In this document: piece by piece, positions 1 through 10,198 of the stretch
Layout of the letters: each line of letters opens with the position of its first letter
Position numbering within the stretch: the stretch's first letter is position 1
The notes under the pieces: model-generated
What the model was told of the DNA's origin: nothing
Databases searched by the model: none
Seen by the model: the letters and a program-made list of their open reading frames with translations, nothing else
Translations under genes and position numbers: made by a program
Assembly: GCA_937863075.1 (NCBI GenBank)
Contig: CALMCD010000231.1
Coordinates: 1-47,510 of the forward strand
Direction: 5' to 3'
DNA: 47,510 nucleotides
DNA from: an uncultured Rhodoferax sp.
GTDB taxonomy: Bacteria; Pseudomonadota; Gammaproteobacteria; Burkholderiales; Burkholderiaceae_C

Positions 1-35
1 AATTGGTGGCTCATGGGCGGAGATACCGATTTCTT

Positions 36-746
36 ATGACACTGCATTTTGTGACCTGCGTCAGCCAGATGGATGTGCTGAATCGTTACCTTTTGACTTC
101 CCCTTGTTTGCAGCGTGGTGGGTATCCACTCACGGCGCGTTTCAATGCACGATCCGCAGCCGAAGCCTTCAACGCCGCTATGCGAGCTGCCGGTGATGCA
201 ACATGGTTGGTGTGGGTGCATCAAGATGTGGTGTTGCCACGGGGCTGGGATACCCAATTTCTGAAAGCACTGGAATTGGCACAAACACAATTCCCCCACA
301 TGGCTGTGGCGGGTGTGTACGGTGTGTCGGGTGCGGGTGCATCATTGCGCCGTGCAGGGCATGTGCTGGATCGTGGAATGCTATTGAAAGAGCCGACACC
401 ATTGCCATGCACAGTCGATAGTTTGGATGAATTGTTGTTTGCCGTGCGGGTGGACAGTGGTTTGCAGCTAGACCCCGCCCTCGGTTTTGATTTTTACGCC
501 ACCGATATTATTTTGCAGGCACAAGCGCGTGGCTTGCAGGGTGTCGCAGTAGATGCGTATTGTGAGCATTGGTCGGATACGCCAACCGATGGTGTGTTAT
601 CGGAAAGACTTTTACAACGTGTAGGAGCGAGTGGCGCACAATTTGAGCAAAAATGGCAACACCGTCTGCCCGTTGCCACTGCGTGTTTTGAAATTCACCA
701 AGTGGGCGATGTCGGGCGTTTCATTGAACACCTCCGCCACGCATAA
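36..746 (+). CDS. Glycosyltransferase family 2-like protein (GT-A fold)
   Basis: Motif 'LVWVHQDVVLP' (DxD-like HQD) and 'VDSLDELLF...GFDFYATDI' typical of short GT2-like proteins. ATG at 36 preferred over the ORF edge at 3. Stop overlaps the next start (TAATG). Confidence 0.7.
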   Translation: MTLHFVTCVSQMDVLNRYLLTSPCLQRGGYPLTARFNARSAAEAFNAAMRAAGDATWLVWVHQDVVLPRGWDTQFLKALELAQTQFPHMAVAGVYGVSGAGASLRRAGHVLDRGMLLKEPTPLPCTVDSLDELLFAVRVDSGLQLDPALGFDFYATDIILQAQARGLQGVAVDAYCEHWSDTPTDGVLSERLLQRVGASGAQFEQKWQHRLPVATACFEIHQVGDVGRFIEHLRHA

Positions 747-1735
747 TGTTTGCTTCTCTTCGCTCTCTTTTTCATCGATTGTTTCACCGCTTGCTGCGCT
801 GGTTGCACCATGTCGATTACGCCTATTGCTTGCCGTTTTTGGCACGGTTACCCGTTCCAATATCGTTTGCGATTGGACGGGTGCGCGGTAAGCTGAATGC
901 GGCGTTGGGGCGGGATTGGCGCTCGGTAGCCTTGGGAACGCGGCATATTTTGCGTATGAGTTTGGATGGCTATAGCAAGATACCATTGCCATCGAACCAC
1001 GTACAGCAGATGGAATGGGTACGCGAACGGTTCGAGATTGAATCGCGTGAAGAGCTAGAAGGATGTTGGGTTGCAGCGCATCGTTTGCATAAATTGTCAT
1101 GCACTTATGAAAAACTGGAATTGTTGCAACAGCGCAGCAATGTGCCTGGCGGTTTGGTATTGCTGACTCCGCACATGGAAAGCTTTTTGCTCGGTATCGC
1201 GTTCTTAGGACAGGTGACGGGTGGGCGTGTGAATTCGATGTCGTCAGCGGTTTCTAAAGACCCGCGTTTAGACCCCGCAGTAGCACAGCACTTTGATCGC
1301 AAATACCGAGGGTTGGAGCATTATCTGAATGGTGGATCGGTACTGGATCGGGAAGTAGGATTGCGTCCGTTTTACCGTATGTTGGAACGGCACGAAACCT
1401 TGGTGGTACTGGCAGATGCGCCCGTCACCCCACAGGGTGCAGCGATGGAAGTCGATTTTCTGGGTGGGATGCGTGAGTTGGCGGGAGGTGCTTTACGCCT
1501 AGCGCAGCATACCCACAGTCATTTGGGTGGGTTTATTTGCCGCTCTAAGGGCATGGGGTGCTACAGCATTGAGTTTTGTGAATTAGGTTCCGCTGACGAT
1601 CCAGAAACTATTGCCAGAATTTACCGTTATTTTTCCGAGGCTATTTTGGCGGAACCCGGAAAATGGTGGGCAGCCGATATGCTTCCCCATATGCCACTTA
1701 AATCGCGGTCGCATATTTTGCAGCATCATTTTTAG
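746..1735 (+). CDS. Lipid A/lysophospholipid acyltransferase-like protein (LpxL/HtrB superfamily)
   Basis: N-terminal amphipathic segment, 'GLVLLTPH' His motif, 'LVVLAD', 'VDFLG', C-terminal 'EAILAEPGKWW' typical of bacterial lipid A acyltransferase-like proteins. Confidence 0.65.
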   Translation: MFASLRSLFHRLFHRLLRWLHHVDYAYCLPFLARLPVPISFAIGRVRGKLNAALGRDWRSVALGTRHILRMSLDGYSKIPLPSNHVQQMEWVRERFEIESREELEGCWVAAHRLHKLSCTYEKLELLQQRSNVPGGLVLLTPHMESFLLGIAFLGQVTGGRVNSMSSAVSKDPRLDPAVAQHFDRKYRGLEHYLNGGSVLDREVGLRPFYRMLERHETLVVLADAPVTPQGAAMEVDFLGGMRELAGGALRLAQHTHSHLGGFICRSKGMGCYSIEFCELGSADDPETIARIYRYFSEAILAEPGKWWAADMLPHMPLKSRSHILQHHF

Positions 1736-1747
1736 GAGTTTCAGGGT

Positions 1748-2713
1748 ATGGAAATTTTGTTTGTTTGCGATCCGCTGGAATCGTTCCAAATCTACAAAGA
1801 CAGCACATTCACCATGATGCGTGAGGCGCATCGGCGGGGGCATACTATTGCGGTATGCGAACCCCGTCATTTATCGTGGGAGCGTGGTGGGATGGTGCAG
1901 GCCGAAGTACGCTGTGTCACCATTCACGAAGATACGCCTAATTGGTTCAAAGTTCATAGCACAGTATATAAGCCAATCAAGGATTACAGCGCCATTGTGA
2001 TGCGAAAAGACCCGCCGTTTGATAGCGAGTATTTCTACGCCACACATTTATTGGAACAAGCCGAGCGTGAGGGTGCAAAGGTTTTTAACAAGCCGCGTGC
2101 GCTGCGTGATCACCCAGAAAAATTGGCGATTTTGGAGTTTCCCGAATACATCAATCCCACTCTAGTCACGCGCGATGCCGAAGCCATTAAACGCTTCCAT
2201 GCCGAACACCGTGACATCATCCTGAAACCACTGGATGGCATGGGGGGTATGGGAATCTTTCGGGTGAAGGAAGATGGTTTGAATTTGGGCGGCATCATCG
2301 AAACCCTGAACCGTGACGGGGCGCAAACCGTGATGGTGCAAAAATTTCTGCCAGCCATCGCCGAAGGAGATAAGCGCATCCTTGTGATTGGTGGCAAGCC
2401 CGTGCCTTACAGCTTGGCACGTATTCCGCAGGGTGGGGAAGTGCGGGGTAATCTGGCAGCTGGCGGTAAAGGTGTGGCGCAGCCCTTGACGGCTTCTGAC
2501 CGTGCGATTGCGGAGGCATTGGCTCCGATTCTGTTTGGTCGGGGGCTGCTGCTGGTTGGGCTGGATGTGATTGGCGATAAGCTCACCGAAATCAACGTTA
2601 CCAGCCCGACCTGCTTCCGTGAGATTACCGACCAAACCGGATTGGATGTTCCGGCTATGTTCCTTGATGCGTTGGAATCGGCTGTTGCTGCGGCTACTTC
2701 TTCGCAGGCTTGA
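1748..2713 (+). CDS. gshB: Glutathione synthetase
   Basis: Motifs 'KDST', 'MRKDPPFD', 'KPLDGMGG', 'EGDKR', 'RGNLAAGG', 'EINVTSPT'. AGGAG RBS upstream. Confidence 0.97.
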   Translation: MEILFVCDPLESFQIYKDSTFTMMREAHRRGHTIAVCEPRHLSWERGGMVQAEVRCVTIHEDTPNWFKVHSTVYKPIKDYSAIVMRKDPPFDSEYFYATHLLEQAEREGAKVFNKPRALRDHPEKLAILEFPEYINPTLVTRDAEAIKRFHAEHRDIILKPLDGMGGMGIFRVKEDGLNLGGIIETLNRDGAQTVMVQKFLPAIAEGDKRILVIGGKPVPYSLARIPQGGEVRGNLAAGGKGVAQPLTASDRAIAEALAPILFGRGLLLVGLDVIGDKLTEINVTSPTCFREITDQTGLDVPAMFLDALESAVAAATSSQA

Positions 2714-3353
2714 CCACGGTCAGACCCATAATCATCCAGTCCTGAATGCCGCCCCGATACCACTTGATTTTGTGGGCGGGGTAGCCCATGCTGAGGAGTT
2801 GGCGAATGGTGGTAGGCGATTGTCCGCACCAAGGGCCATTGCAATAAAACACCAACGTCTTGGCAGAAGCAAAATTCCACAATGCACCCACGCGGTAGAC
2901 GGAAAACAGGTCTTCCATCATCTCGGCCATTTTCTCGGGCGTGGTGTGTTGGGGGTGGAGTTGCTGCCAAGGGATATTCACGGCGCTGGGGATTTGTCCG
3001 AGGCGTTCAATCCATTCCGGTTCGCGCGAATCAATCAACAAGGTGTGGGGGTCAGCACGGCGTAGGGACTCAATCACTTCCACCTCACCCCACGTTTCTA
3101 CTCCAGAACCCAGCGTGATCGGCTGGATGCAGTACGGTGGGCAGGGGCGGGAGGTGAGCGCCATATCCGGCTCCACCATCGCAAAATTATCGGGGTTGCG
3201 TTCAATGCGAACGGCTTTCCCGCCGTGCTGTACTTCAATAAAGGAAAGGTTGGCGGTAATGCCAACAGGCTGGTCGTCCGCCCAAACGTGAGGGGTATAA
3301 CATGCGGCGGTACAAGCAACCGTAGTCAACAGTGTGCGAATAAATGGAAACAT
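2694..3353 (-). CDS. Exported rhodanese-domain protein (CNGPWCGQS active-site loop)
   Basis: Signal-peptide-like N-terminus from ATG 3353 (MFPFIRTLLTTVAC...VWA/DD), 'LIDSREPEW...IPSAVNIP', 'FYCNGPWCGQS', 'WYRGGIQDW'. The upstream part of the 344-aa ORF overlaps yajC and is discarded. Confidence 0.88.
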   Translation of the reverse strand: MFPFIRTLLTTVACTAACYTPHVWADDQPVGITANLSFIEVQHGGKAVRIERNPDNFAMVEPDMALTSRPCPPYCIQPITLGSGVETWGEVEVIESLRRADPHTLLIDSREPEWIERLGQIPSAVNIPWQQLHPQHTTPEKMAEMMEDLFSVYRVGALWNFASAKTLVFYCNGPWCGQSPTTIRQLLSMGYPAHKIKWYRGGIQDWMIMGLTVVKPAKK

Positions 3354-3449
3354 GATGAGACTCCAAGTGGTGCGCTTTACAATGCAGTGATCGTTCGATG
3401 ATTTTCTCTGTGCATCTTTGCGCGTTTTTTGTATTTTGTGGAGTTTACT

Positions 3450-3779
3450 GTGTTTATCTCTTCTGCTTTTGCCCAAACTGCCCCTGCTGCTGCTGGTGGG
3501 GATCTCCAATCTTCGTTCATGAACATGCTGCCTTTGCTGCTGATGTTCGTTGTGTTGTATTTTGTGATGATCCGTCCCCAAATGCGCAAACAAAAAGAAC
3601 ACCAAGCAATGGTTTCCGCTTTGGCAAAAGGCGATGAAGTAGTGACTGCGGGCGGAATTTTGGGCAAAGTGACCAAGTTGGGCGATGATTTTCTGGGTTT
3701 GGAAATTGCCAATGGCGTTGAGGTGCAAATTCAGCGTAACGCAGTGATGCAGGTGTTGCCCAAAGGCAGTATTAAATGA
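3450..3779 (+). CDS. yajC: Preprotein translocase subunit YajC
   Basis: 'YFVMIRPQ..KQKEH..M...L.KGDEVVTAGGI.G'. GTG start at 3450 after GGAG. Directly upstream of secD. Confidence 0.95.
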   Translation: MFISSAFAQTAPAAAGGDLQSSFMNMLPLLLMFVVLYFVMIRPQMRKQKEHQAMVSALAKGDEVVTAGGILGKVTKLGDDFLGLEIANGVEVQIQRNAVMQVLPKGSIK

Positions 3780-5614
3780 ATCGGTATTCCTTATGGAAAT
3801 ATGCGGTCATTGTGATCGCATTGTTGATGGGTGGTTTGTATGCGTTGCCGAACTTCTTTGGAGAATCGCCGGCAGTGCAGGTTTCATCGGCACGCGCCAG
3901 CGTCAAGCTGGATGCCGCTACCTTGACACGGGTAGAAGAAGCTTTGAAGGCGGGTGGAATTGCGCCCGATGCCGTTTCCATGGATGCTTCTTCGATTCGG
4001 GTACGTTTCACGGATACAGGGACGCAACTCAAAGCCAAGGACGTTATCCAAAAAACATTGAACCCGGATAGCAATGACGCAACCTATGTGGTGGCGTTGA
4101 ACTTGCTGTCACGCTCACCCGCATGGTTGCAGGCGTTGCACGCTTCGCCCATGTATTTGGGTTTGGATTTGCGCGGTGGCGTTCACTTCATGTTGCAAGT
4201 GGACATGAAAGCTGCACTCTCTAAACGTGCCGAGGGTCTGGCAGGCGATTTGCGTACCGCGTTGCGTGAAAAAAATGTGCGTCACGGCGGTATTACCCGT
4301 AACGAAGACAAAATCGAAGTGCGTTTTCGTGATGCCGCTACCGCAGAAGCCGCGAAACAAGTGATACGGGAACAATTCACCGAATTGAGCGCAGTCGAAA
4401 CTGCGGATGGAAGCGAGATCAAGCTCGTTGCCAGCATCCAAGCCGTGGCTGCTAAGGAGGTGCAAGATCAAGCACTCAAGCAAAACATCACCACCTTGCA
4501 CAACCGTATCAATGAGCTGGGCGTAGCCGAGCCGGTGATTCAGCAACAGGGTTTGGATCGCATCATCGTGCAATTACCCGGCGTGCAAGATACCGCCAAG
4601 GCGAAGGATATTCTGGGTCGTACCGCGACGCTGGAAGTCCGCATGGTGGATGAAAGTGCCGAAGCCCAAACCGGCAATGTTCCGTTTGGTAGCGAAAAAT
4701 ATCTGGAACGCGATGGCAAGCCCGTTATCGTGAAGAAGCAGGTGGTGATTACCGGCGACCGACTCAACGGTGCGCAATCGACCTTCGACCAAAATCAAAA
4801 TCCTGCGGTGAGCATCAATTTGGATAGCGTTGGTGGACGGGTGATGCGTGACCTGACGCGGGACAACATCGGCAAACTGATGGCGATTGTCTTGTTCGAG
4901 CGCGGCAAGGGTGAGGCGATTTCGGTGGCACGTATTCAGGGTGAGTTTGGTAGTAGTTTCCAAATTACGGGTAACTTCACCACGGAAGAAACCAATTCCC
5001 TCTCCTTGCTATTGCGTGCAGGTGCATTGGCTGCACCGATGGAGATTATTGAAGAGCGTACCATCGGCCCCAGCTTGGGTGCTGAAAATATCGCAAAAGG
5101 CTTTAATAGTGTGACGTGGGGATTTGTCGCGGTGGCGATCTTCATGTGCTTCTATTACATGTTCTTTGGTTTGATTTCCAGTATCTCACTGGGGTTCAAT
5201 TTGCTGTTGTTGGTGGCGGTGCTATCCATGATGCAAGCCACCTTGACGCTACCTGGAATGGCGGCGATGGCGCTGGTGCTGGGTATGGCGATTGATGCCA
5301 ACGTGCTGATTAACGAGCGTATCCGTGAGGAATTGCGCAATGGCGCATCCCCGCAAGCGGCGATTCATGCGGGTTACGACCGTGCGTGGGCGACCATTAT
5401 TGACTCCAATGTCACGACCTTGATCGCGGGGTTGGCATTGTTGGCATTTGGTTCGGGGCCGGTGCGCGGCTTCGCGGTGGTTCATTGCTTGGGCATTTTG
5501 ACGAGTATGTTCTCTGGCGTATTCTTCTCGCGTGGCGTGGTGAATTTCTGGTACGGACGGCAAAAGAAACTCAAATCGGTATCCATTGGAACCGTATGGC
5601 GACCTGAGTTATAA
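3776..5614 (+). CDS. secD: Protein translocase subunit SecD
   Basis: 'LGLDLRGG', 'RINELGVAEP', 'IIVQLPG', 'IGPSLG', 'GMAIDANVLINERIREE'. ATGA overlap with yajC. Confidence 0.98.
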   Translation: MNRYSLWKYAVIVIALLMGGLYALPNFFGESPAVQVSSARASVKLDAATLTRVEEALKAGGIAPDAVSMDASSIRVRFTDTGTQLKAKDVIQKTLNPDSNDATYVVALNLLSRSPAWLQALHASPMYLGLDLRGGVHFMLQVDMKAALSKRAEGLAGDLRTALREKNVRHGGITRNEDKIEVRFRDAATAEAAKQVIREQFTELSAVETADGSEIKLVASIQAVAAKEVQDQALKQNITTLHNRINELGVAEPVIQQQGLDRIIVQLPGVQDTAKAKDILGRTATLEVRMVDESAEAQTGNVPFGSEKYLERDGKPVIVKKQVVITGDRLNGAQSTFDQNQNPAVSINLDSVGGRVMRDLTRDNIGKLMAIVLFERGKGEAISVARIQGEFGSSFQITGNFTTEETNSLSLLLRAGALAAPMEIIEERTIGPSLGAENIAKGFNSVTWGFVAVAIFMCFYYMFFGLISSISLGFNLLLLVAVLSMMQATLTLPGMAAMALVLGMAIDANVLINERIREELRNGASPQAAIHAGYDRAWATIIDSNVTTLIAGLALLAFGSGPVRGFAVVHCLGILTSMFSGVFFSRGVVNFWYGRQKKLKSVSIGTVWRPEL

Positions 5615-5634
5615 CCCAGTAAAAGGAATCTGGA

Positions 5635-6588
5635 ATGGAGTTTTTCAAAATCCGCCGTGACATCCCGTTTATGCGCCATGCTTTGGCGTTGAACGTGGTT
5701 TCGTTAGTCACCTTTTTGGCCGCAGTGTTCTTCTTGTTCTCGAATGGATTGCACCTTTCGGTGGAATTTACCGGAGGGACGCTGATGGAGGTTTCTTACG
5801 AGAAACCCGCAGACCTCCATGCGATTCGGGAGAGCGTCGCTAAACTGGGTATCAAGGATGTGCAGGTACAAAACTTTGGTTCCGCCAAAGAGGTGTTGAT
5901 CCGTATGCCCGTGCAAAAGGGCAGCGGCTCCGATACCCAAACCGAGCGTGTCTTGGCCAGTTTACAAAGCCAAGACCCTACCGCCAAACTCCGGCGAACC
6001 GAGTTCGTAGGCCCCCAAGTGGGCAATGAACTGGCAGCCGATGGCCTGAAGGCGCTGGCGTTTGTGGTGATCGGCATCGTGTTGTACTTGGCGGTGCGCT
6101 TTGAATGGAAATTTGCGGTTGCCGCCATCATTGCCAATTTGCACGATGTGGTGATTATTCTGGGGTTCTTCGCCTTCTTTGGTTGGGAGTTTTCTCTCCC
6201 TGTATTGGCGGCGGTGCTGGCGGTGTTGGGGTATTCGGTGAATGAATCGGTGGTGATTTTTGACCGGATTCGTGAAAATTTCCGCCGTTATCGCAAAATG
6301 ACCTCGGTGGAAATTATCGACAATGCCATCACCTCCACAATCAGTCGTACCATCATTACGCACGGTAGCACCCAGTTGATGGTGCTTTCGATGCTGCTGT
6401 TTGGCGGCGAGACGCTGTATTACTTTGCTTTGGCATTAACGATTGGTATTTTGTTTGGCATCTACTCCTCGGTATTTGTTGCGGCGGCTATTGCGATGTG
6501 GCTGGGTATTCGGCGTGAAGACCTGATCAAGGTTGCAGCCAAGAAAGAAGACGATCCTACTGACCCGAATGCGGGTGCAACGCTGTAG
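5635..6588 (+). CDS. secF: Protein translocase subunit SecF
   Basis: 'VEFTGG', 'EFVGPQVG', 'GYSVNESVVIFDRIREN', 'SRTIIT'. Follows secD. Confidence 0.98.
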   Translation: MEFFKIRRDIPFMRHALALNVVSLVTFLAAVFFLFSNGLHLSVEFTGGTLMEVSYEKPADLHAIRESVAKLGIKDVQVQNFGSAKEVLIRMPVQKGSGSDTQTERVLASLQSQDPTAKLRRTEFVGPQVGNELAADGLKALAFVVIGIVLYLAVRFEWKFAVAAIIANLHDVVIILGFFAFFGWEFSLPVLAAVLAVLGYSVNESVVIFDRIRENFRRYRKMTSVEIIDNAITSTISRTIITHGSTQLMVLSMLLFGGETLYYFALALTIGILFGIYSSVFVAAAIAMWLGIRREDLIKVAAKKEDDPTDPNAGATL

Positions 6589-6623
6589 GTAATGAGATAG
6601 GTGACACAGGTATTGCTTTCGTT

Positions 6624-9014
6624 ATGACCACAACTTCTGAACCCTCCAAGTTAACACCTCGGCTGCAATTTGCGCGGGCCATACGGGTTCGTTTTCTGGC
6701 GGATTTGGAACAAGGGCTGAACGAAGTAGGCGATGCCGTTTTAGAGCGGCTGTCCACCCTCATGGGCGAAACCGGTAGCGTGAAGGAAATTCAAGAGCGG
6801 CGTGATACGTGGTCGACTTATAAAAAGAAACGTTCTGCGTGGTTAGACTCCACCGCCAGTGCGTGGAGAGCCTGCCTAGACGCACCCACTAAAGCCAAAA
6901 AACAAGACGCAAAACCCGACATGTCCACCCTTCAACTGGTGAAGATGGAGGTGGTGGAGAGCAAAATTTTGGTCTCGCGTCTGGTCGTGTCGGTCATGGA
7001 TAAGGTGGCTCCTCCGATGGAGGATTTGCGCATTCGTCTCCAATTCTTGGAAGGGACAACCGAACTCGCAGACAGGGATGTAATCCGCCCAGAGGTATTG
7101 ATCACTTTTTTGGTCGATCAATGGTCGGAATCGGGAATGCCAAGCCATACCTGGTCTTGGGTGAGTGAGGCGGTTAAAAATTCGTTGCTTTCGCGTTTGC
7201 AAATGGCCTATGCCAATGCCAACGAGGTAATGGTGAAAAAAGGGGTTCTACCCACCATTGATTTCAAAGATCGATTGCGCGGTGCAGCACGCTTCCCCTC
7301 CTCTGCGCCCGCTACGGTCGCCATGGCCAATGTCCCCCCGTCCACTGCGTCAGGGGGTGGTATGTTCCCTGAAAATCCGGCGTTGGCGCATGAAATGGCC
7401 GCAGGCCACGGCAATGCCCCAGTGGCGGCGCATGGTGGTGCTAATCCTTCGCTTTATGCCACGCTATCCCCTAGCGAAGTCGCACGCATGGCGGCGGCTC
7501 CGCCGGCAATGGCACGCGCCTATGTCCGCGCACGGGGTACGCTGGGGCAGATGCAGCGGGTGCTGGGGAATTATGCCGAGGCGGATGCAGGCGCGGCGGG
7601 TTCTGCCGAGGGGGGTGTTCGCAAACTACTCCAGCCCAGTCCGGCTTTGAATGCCGCACTTGCGGCCACGGTTCCGGTTCCTGAAGAAGAAACTTTTTAT
7701 GTCGATTACAGTCCCGCAGGCATGGCGCGTGTCGCCGATGAGCTGCGGGATAGAACCGTTGACCTGAAAAAGAAAGCGTCCACCAAGAACGAAAAAGCGG
7801 TTATTGAAATTGTGGCACTGATGTTTCAGGCTATTTTGGCGGAAGATCGCATTCCACCCGGAATTCGCGTCTGGTTTTCCCGTTTGCAGATGCCGGTATT
7901 GCGTTTGGCATTAACCGATACCGATTTCCTGAATACCACCACCCACCCAGCCCGCTTGCTGATTGATCGCATGGGGTCTTGCGTCATGGGCTTTGATGCC
8001 GCTGGCGTGGAAAGCAAGGCGATGGAGGCGGAAATCAAACGCATCGTGCAAGTGATTGAACAATATCCTGAAACGGGTAAAAAAGTGTTTCAGGTGGTTT
8101 ATGAAGAATTTGAGAAATTCATGGCACGTTTCCTCACCGATAAGGGTAATACACCCAAAGTAGTCAGCGTGGCACAGCAGGTGGAGCAAAAAGAAACGCT
8201 GACCATTCAGTACACCATCGAAATGCGCACCATGCTCAAGGATATGCCGGTGCGCGATGAGATTCGGGATTTCCTGTTCAAGGTCTGGGCGGAGGTGCTG
8301 GCGGTTGCCACCGTGCGCAAAGGCCCTCAGCACAAAGAAACCCTGCTGTTGAAGAAAGCCGCCCCCGATTTGGTATGGTCGGCCAGTGCCAAACCCAATC
8401 GCGCAGACAGGGCGCGGGTGATTCAAGAATTGCCCAGCTTGTTGCAACGGCTGCGTGTGGGGATGGAGTTATTGGCACTTCCCGATACCGATCAAGATCA
8501 GCATATCAAGGTGGTGAGCGATACGCTTTCCGATGCCTTCCTTTCCAAAACCCAGTTAATTCCGCAAGAGCAAATTGATGCAATGGCCGAACGCTTGGGC
8601 AATTTGGAAGATTTTGTGAATGACGATGGTTCGGTGGATTTACCGCTTGATCCTGAAAATATCGAGATGGTATTGGGCATCGACACTTCCTCATTGGAGG
8701 TGATTGCCAATGGCGATGTGAAACCACCGCCCGCGCTGTTGGCATGGGCGCATGAACTGCATTTGGGTACATGGTTCACCTTGAACCACAATAACCAGAT
8801 CACGCAGGTTCAATTCGTGTGGCGCAGCGATCGCAAGCACTTGAATCTTTTTTCAGCGCCATCGGGTAAAAATTTCTTGATACAAGCGGGTCGCCTTGCG
8901 GTGTATTTGCAGGCGGGCTTGTTGGTTCCGCAAGAGGAAGACGCGCTCACCATCCGTGCTACGCGGGATGCGCTTTCCAAAATCGAAGCCAACCCCGAAC
9001 GCTTGGTGAATTAA
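6624..9014 (+). CDS. DUF1631-family helical protein of unknown function
   Basis: 796-aa helical protein with 'IEIVALMFQAILAEDRIP..RLQMPVLRLAL...HPAR.LIDR' core recognised as DUF1631-like. Commonly follows secF in Comamonadaceae. Confidence 0.8.
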   Translation: MTTTSEPSKLTPRLQFARAIRVRFLADLEQGLNEVGDAVLERLSTLMGETGSVKEIQERRDTWSTYKKKRSAWLDSTASAWRACLDAPTKAKKQDAKPDMSTLQLVKMEVVESKILVSRLVVSVMDKVAPPMEDLRIRLQFLEGTTELADRDVIRPEVLITFLVDQWSESGMPSHTWSWVSEAVKNSLLSRLQMAYANANEVMVKKGVLPTIDFKDRLRGAARFPSSAPATVAMANVPPSTASGGGMFPENPALAHEMAAGHGNAPVAAHGGANPSLYATLSPSEVARMAAAPPAMARAYVRARGTLGQMQRVLGNYAEADAGAAGSAEGGVRKLLQPSPALNAALAATVPVPEEETFYVDYSPAGMARVADELRDRTVDLKKKASTKNEKAVIEIVALMFQAILAEDRIPPGIRVWFSRLQMPVLRLALTDTDFLNTTTHPARLLIDRMGSCVMGFDAAGVESKAMEAEIKRIVQVIEQYPETGKKVFQVVYEEFEKFMARFLTDKGNTPKVVSVAQQVEQKETLTIQYTIEMRTMLKDMPVRDEIRDFLFKVWAEVLAVATVRKGPQHKETLLLKKAAPDLVWSASAKPNRADRARVIQELPSLLQRLRVGMELLALPDTDQDQHIKVVSDTLSDAFLSKTQLIPQEQIDAMAERLGNLEDFVNDDGSVDLPLDPENIEMVLGIDTSSLEVIANGDVKPPPALLAWAHELHLGTWFTLNHNNQITQVQFVWRSDRKHLNLFSAPSGKNFLIQAGRLAVYLQAGLLVPQEEDALTIRATRDALSKIEANPERLVN

Positions 9015-10198
9015 GCCTCGTTTCGCACCAAACGCTGAAACAATCCCCCCGGTAGGCGGGCGATGTGGCCTTCTATTTCATGTTCCATGAGTTTCGCTTG
9101 CAGGCTGGAAATATCCATGCCCGTGCGAACTTGCAGTGCATCTAACCCCAGCGTTGCCCCTTGCAATGCGAGGAGGATGTCGTCTTCTTCCACGGCATTC
9201 GCAGTGGGAGCGCGAGGCGGTGGCGGGGTGAAAAGCGGCGGTCTGGCGGAAAAGGCGTGCATTTCGTCCAAAATATCGTCAGCGGTTTCGACCAGCTTGG
9301 CTCCTTGTTTGATGAGCGCATGGCATCCGCGTGCTTGGGGGCTGTGGATAAGCCCCGGAATGGCGAAAACGTCCTTGCCTTGTTCATTCGTGAGGCGTGC
9401 CGTAATCAGCGAACCCGATTGCATGGCTGCTTCTACCACCAGCGTGGCGCTGGAGAGTCCGGCGATGATGCGGTTGCGTTTGGGGAAGTTATTGGAAATC
9501 GGCGGCGTTCCCAAGGGTAATTCGCTGATCAACAAGCCGTTATCGCTGATTTGGTGCGCCAAATGGCGGTGCTGGCTGGGGTAGACGCGATCCAACCCCG
9601 TCCCGACAACGGCAATGGTGGCGATGTGCCGGTGATCGCTCTCCTGAGCGTTTGGCAAAACGGCAGACAGTGCGCCTTCATGCGCGGCTGCATCCACCCC
9701 TAACGCCAGCCCCGACACGATGGTCATGCCCGCTTGGGTCAGTGCCGCTGCAAATTGCCGTGCGTTGATACTGCCTTGTGTGGTGGGATTGCGGCTGCCT
9801 ACCATGGCAATGCACTGGCGTGCGGCAGGTTGTGTCCATGCCCATTCTGGCCCACGAACGTAGAGCAACAAAGGCGGGTCTTCCATTTCGAGCAGCGATG
9901 GAGGATAGGCGGGGTCGCCCAAGGTAAGCACCCGATGGCGCAGCGGGGCGGATTGCAGCCAGCGCCATGTGGTTTCTAGCAACTCCGGCAACTGGGGCGG
10001 AATGGATTGCAGGCCGCTGCGCTGGCGGGGTGTTACCACTTGCTCCAAGGTGTGTGCCGAGGCATCGAACACGTTTTGGGGCAAGCCAAAGGCCAGTAGT
10101 AATTGGCGAGCCGTGCGATTTCCCACCCCGGGAGCCATTTCCAACCGCAACCAAGCCGCCAGCTCCTCGCGGGTTAGGTCGTTGCTGGGGTTGCTCAT
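9011..10198 (-). CDS. dprA: DNA-processing protein DprA
   Basis: 'DPPLLLYVRG', 'IAMVGSR', 'IVSGLALGVDAAAH', 'NFPKRNRIIAGLS', 'SGSLITA', C-terminal winged helix. Confidence 0.97.
   Translation of the reverse strand: MSNPSNDLTREELAAWLRLEMAPGVGNRTARQLLLAFGLPQNVFDASAHTLEQVVTPRQRSGLQSIPPQLPELLETTWRWLQSAPLRHRVLTLGDPAYPPSLLEMEDPPLLLYVRGPEWAWTQPAARQCIAMVGSRNPTTQGSINARQFAAALTQAGMTIVSGLALGVDAAAHEGALSAVLPNAQESDHRHIATIAVVGTGLDRVYPSQHRHLAHQISDNGLLISELPLGTPPISNNFPKRNRIIAGLSSATLVVEAAMQSGSLITARLTNEQGKDVFAIPGLIHSPQARGCHALIKQGAKLVETADDILDEMHAFSARPPLFTPPPPRAPTANAVEEDDILLALQGATLGLDALQVRTGMDISSLQAKLMEHEIEGHIARLPGGLFQRLVRNEA

Noticed and set aside
3354-3728. N-terminal 125-aa extension of the rhodanese ORF
   Set aside because: It overlaps yajC on the opposite strand, and the signal peptide begins at ATG 3353.
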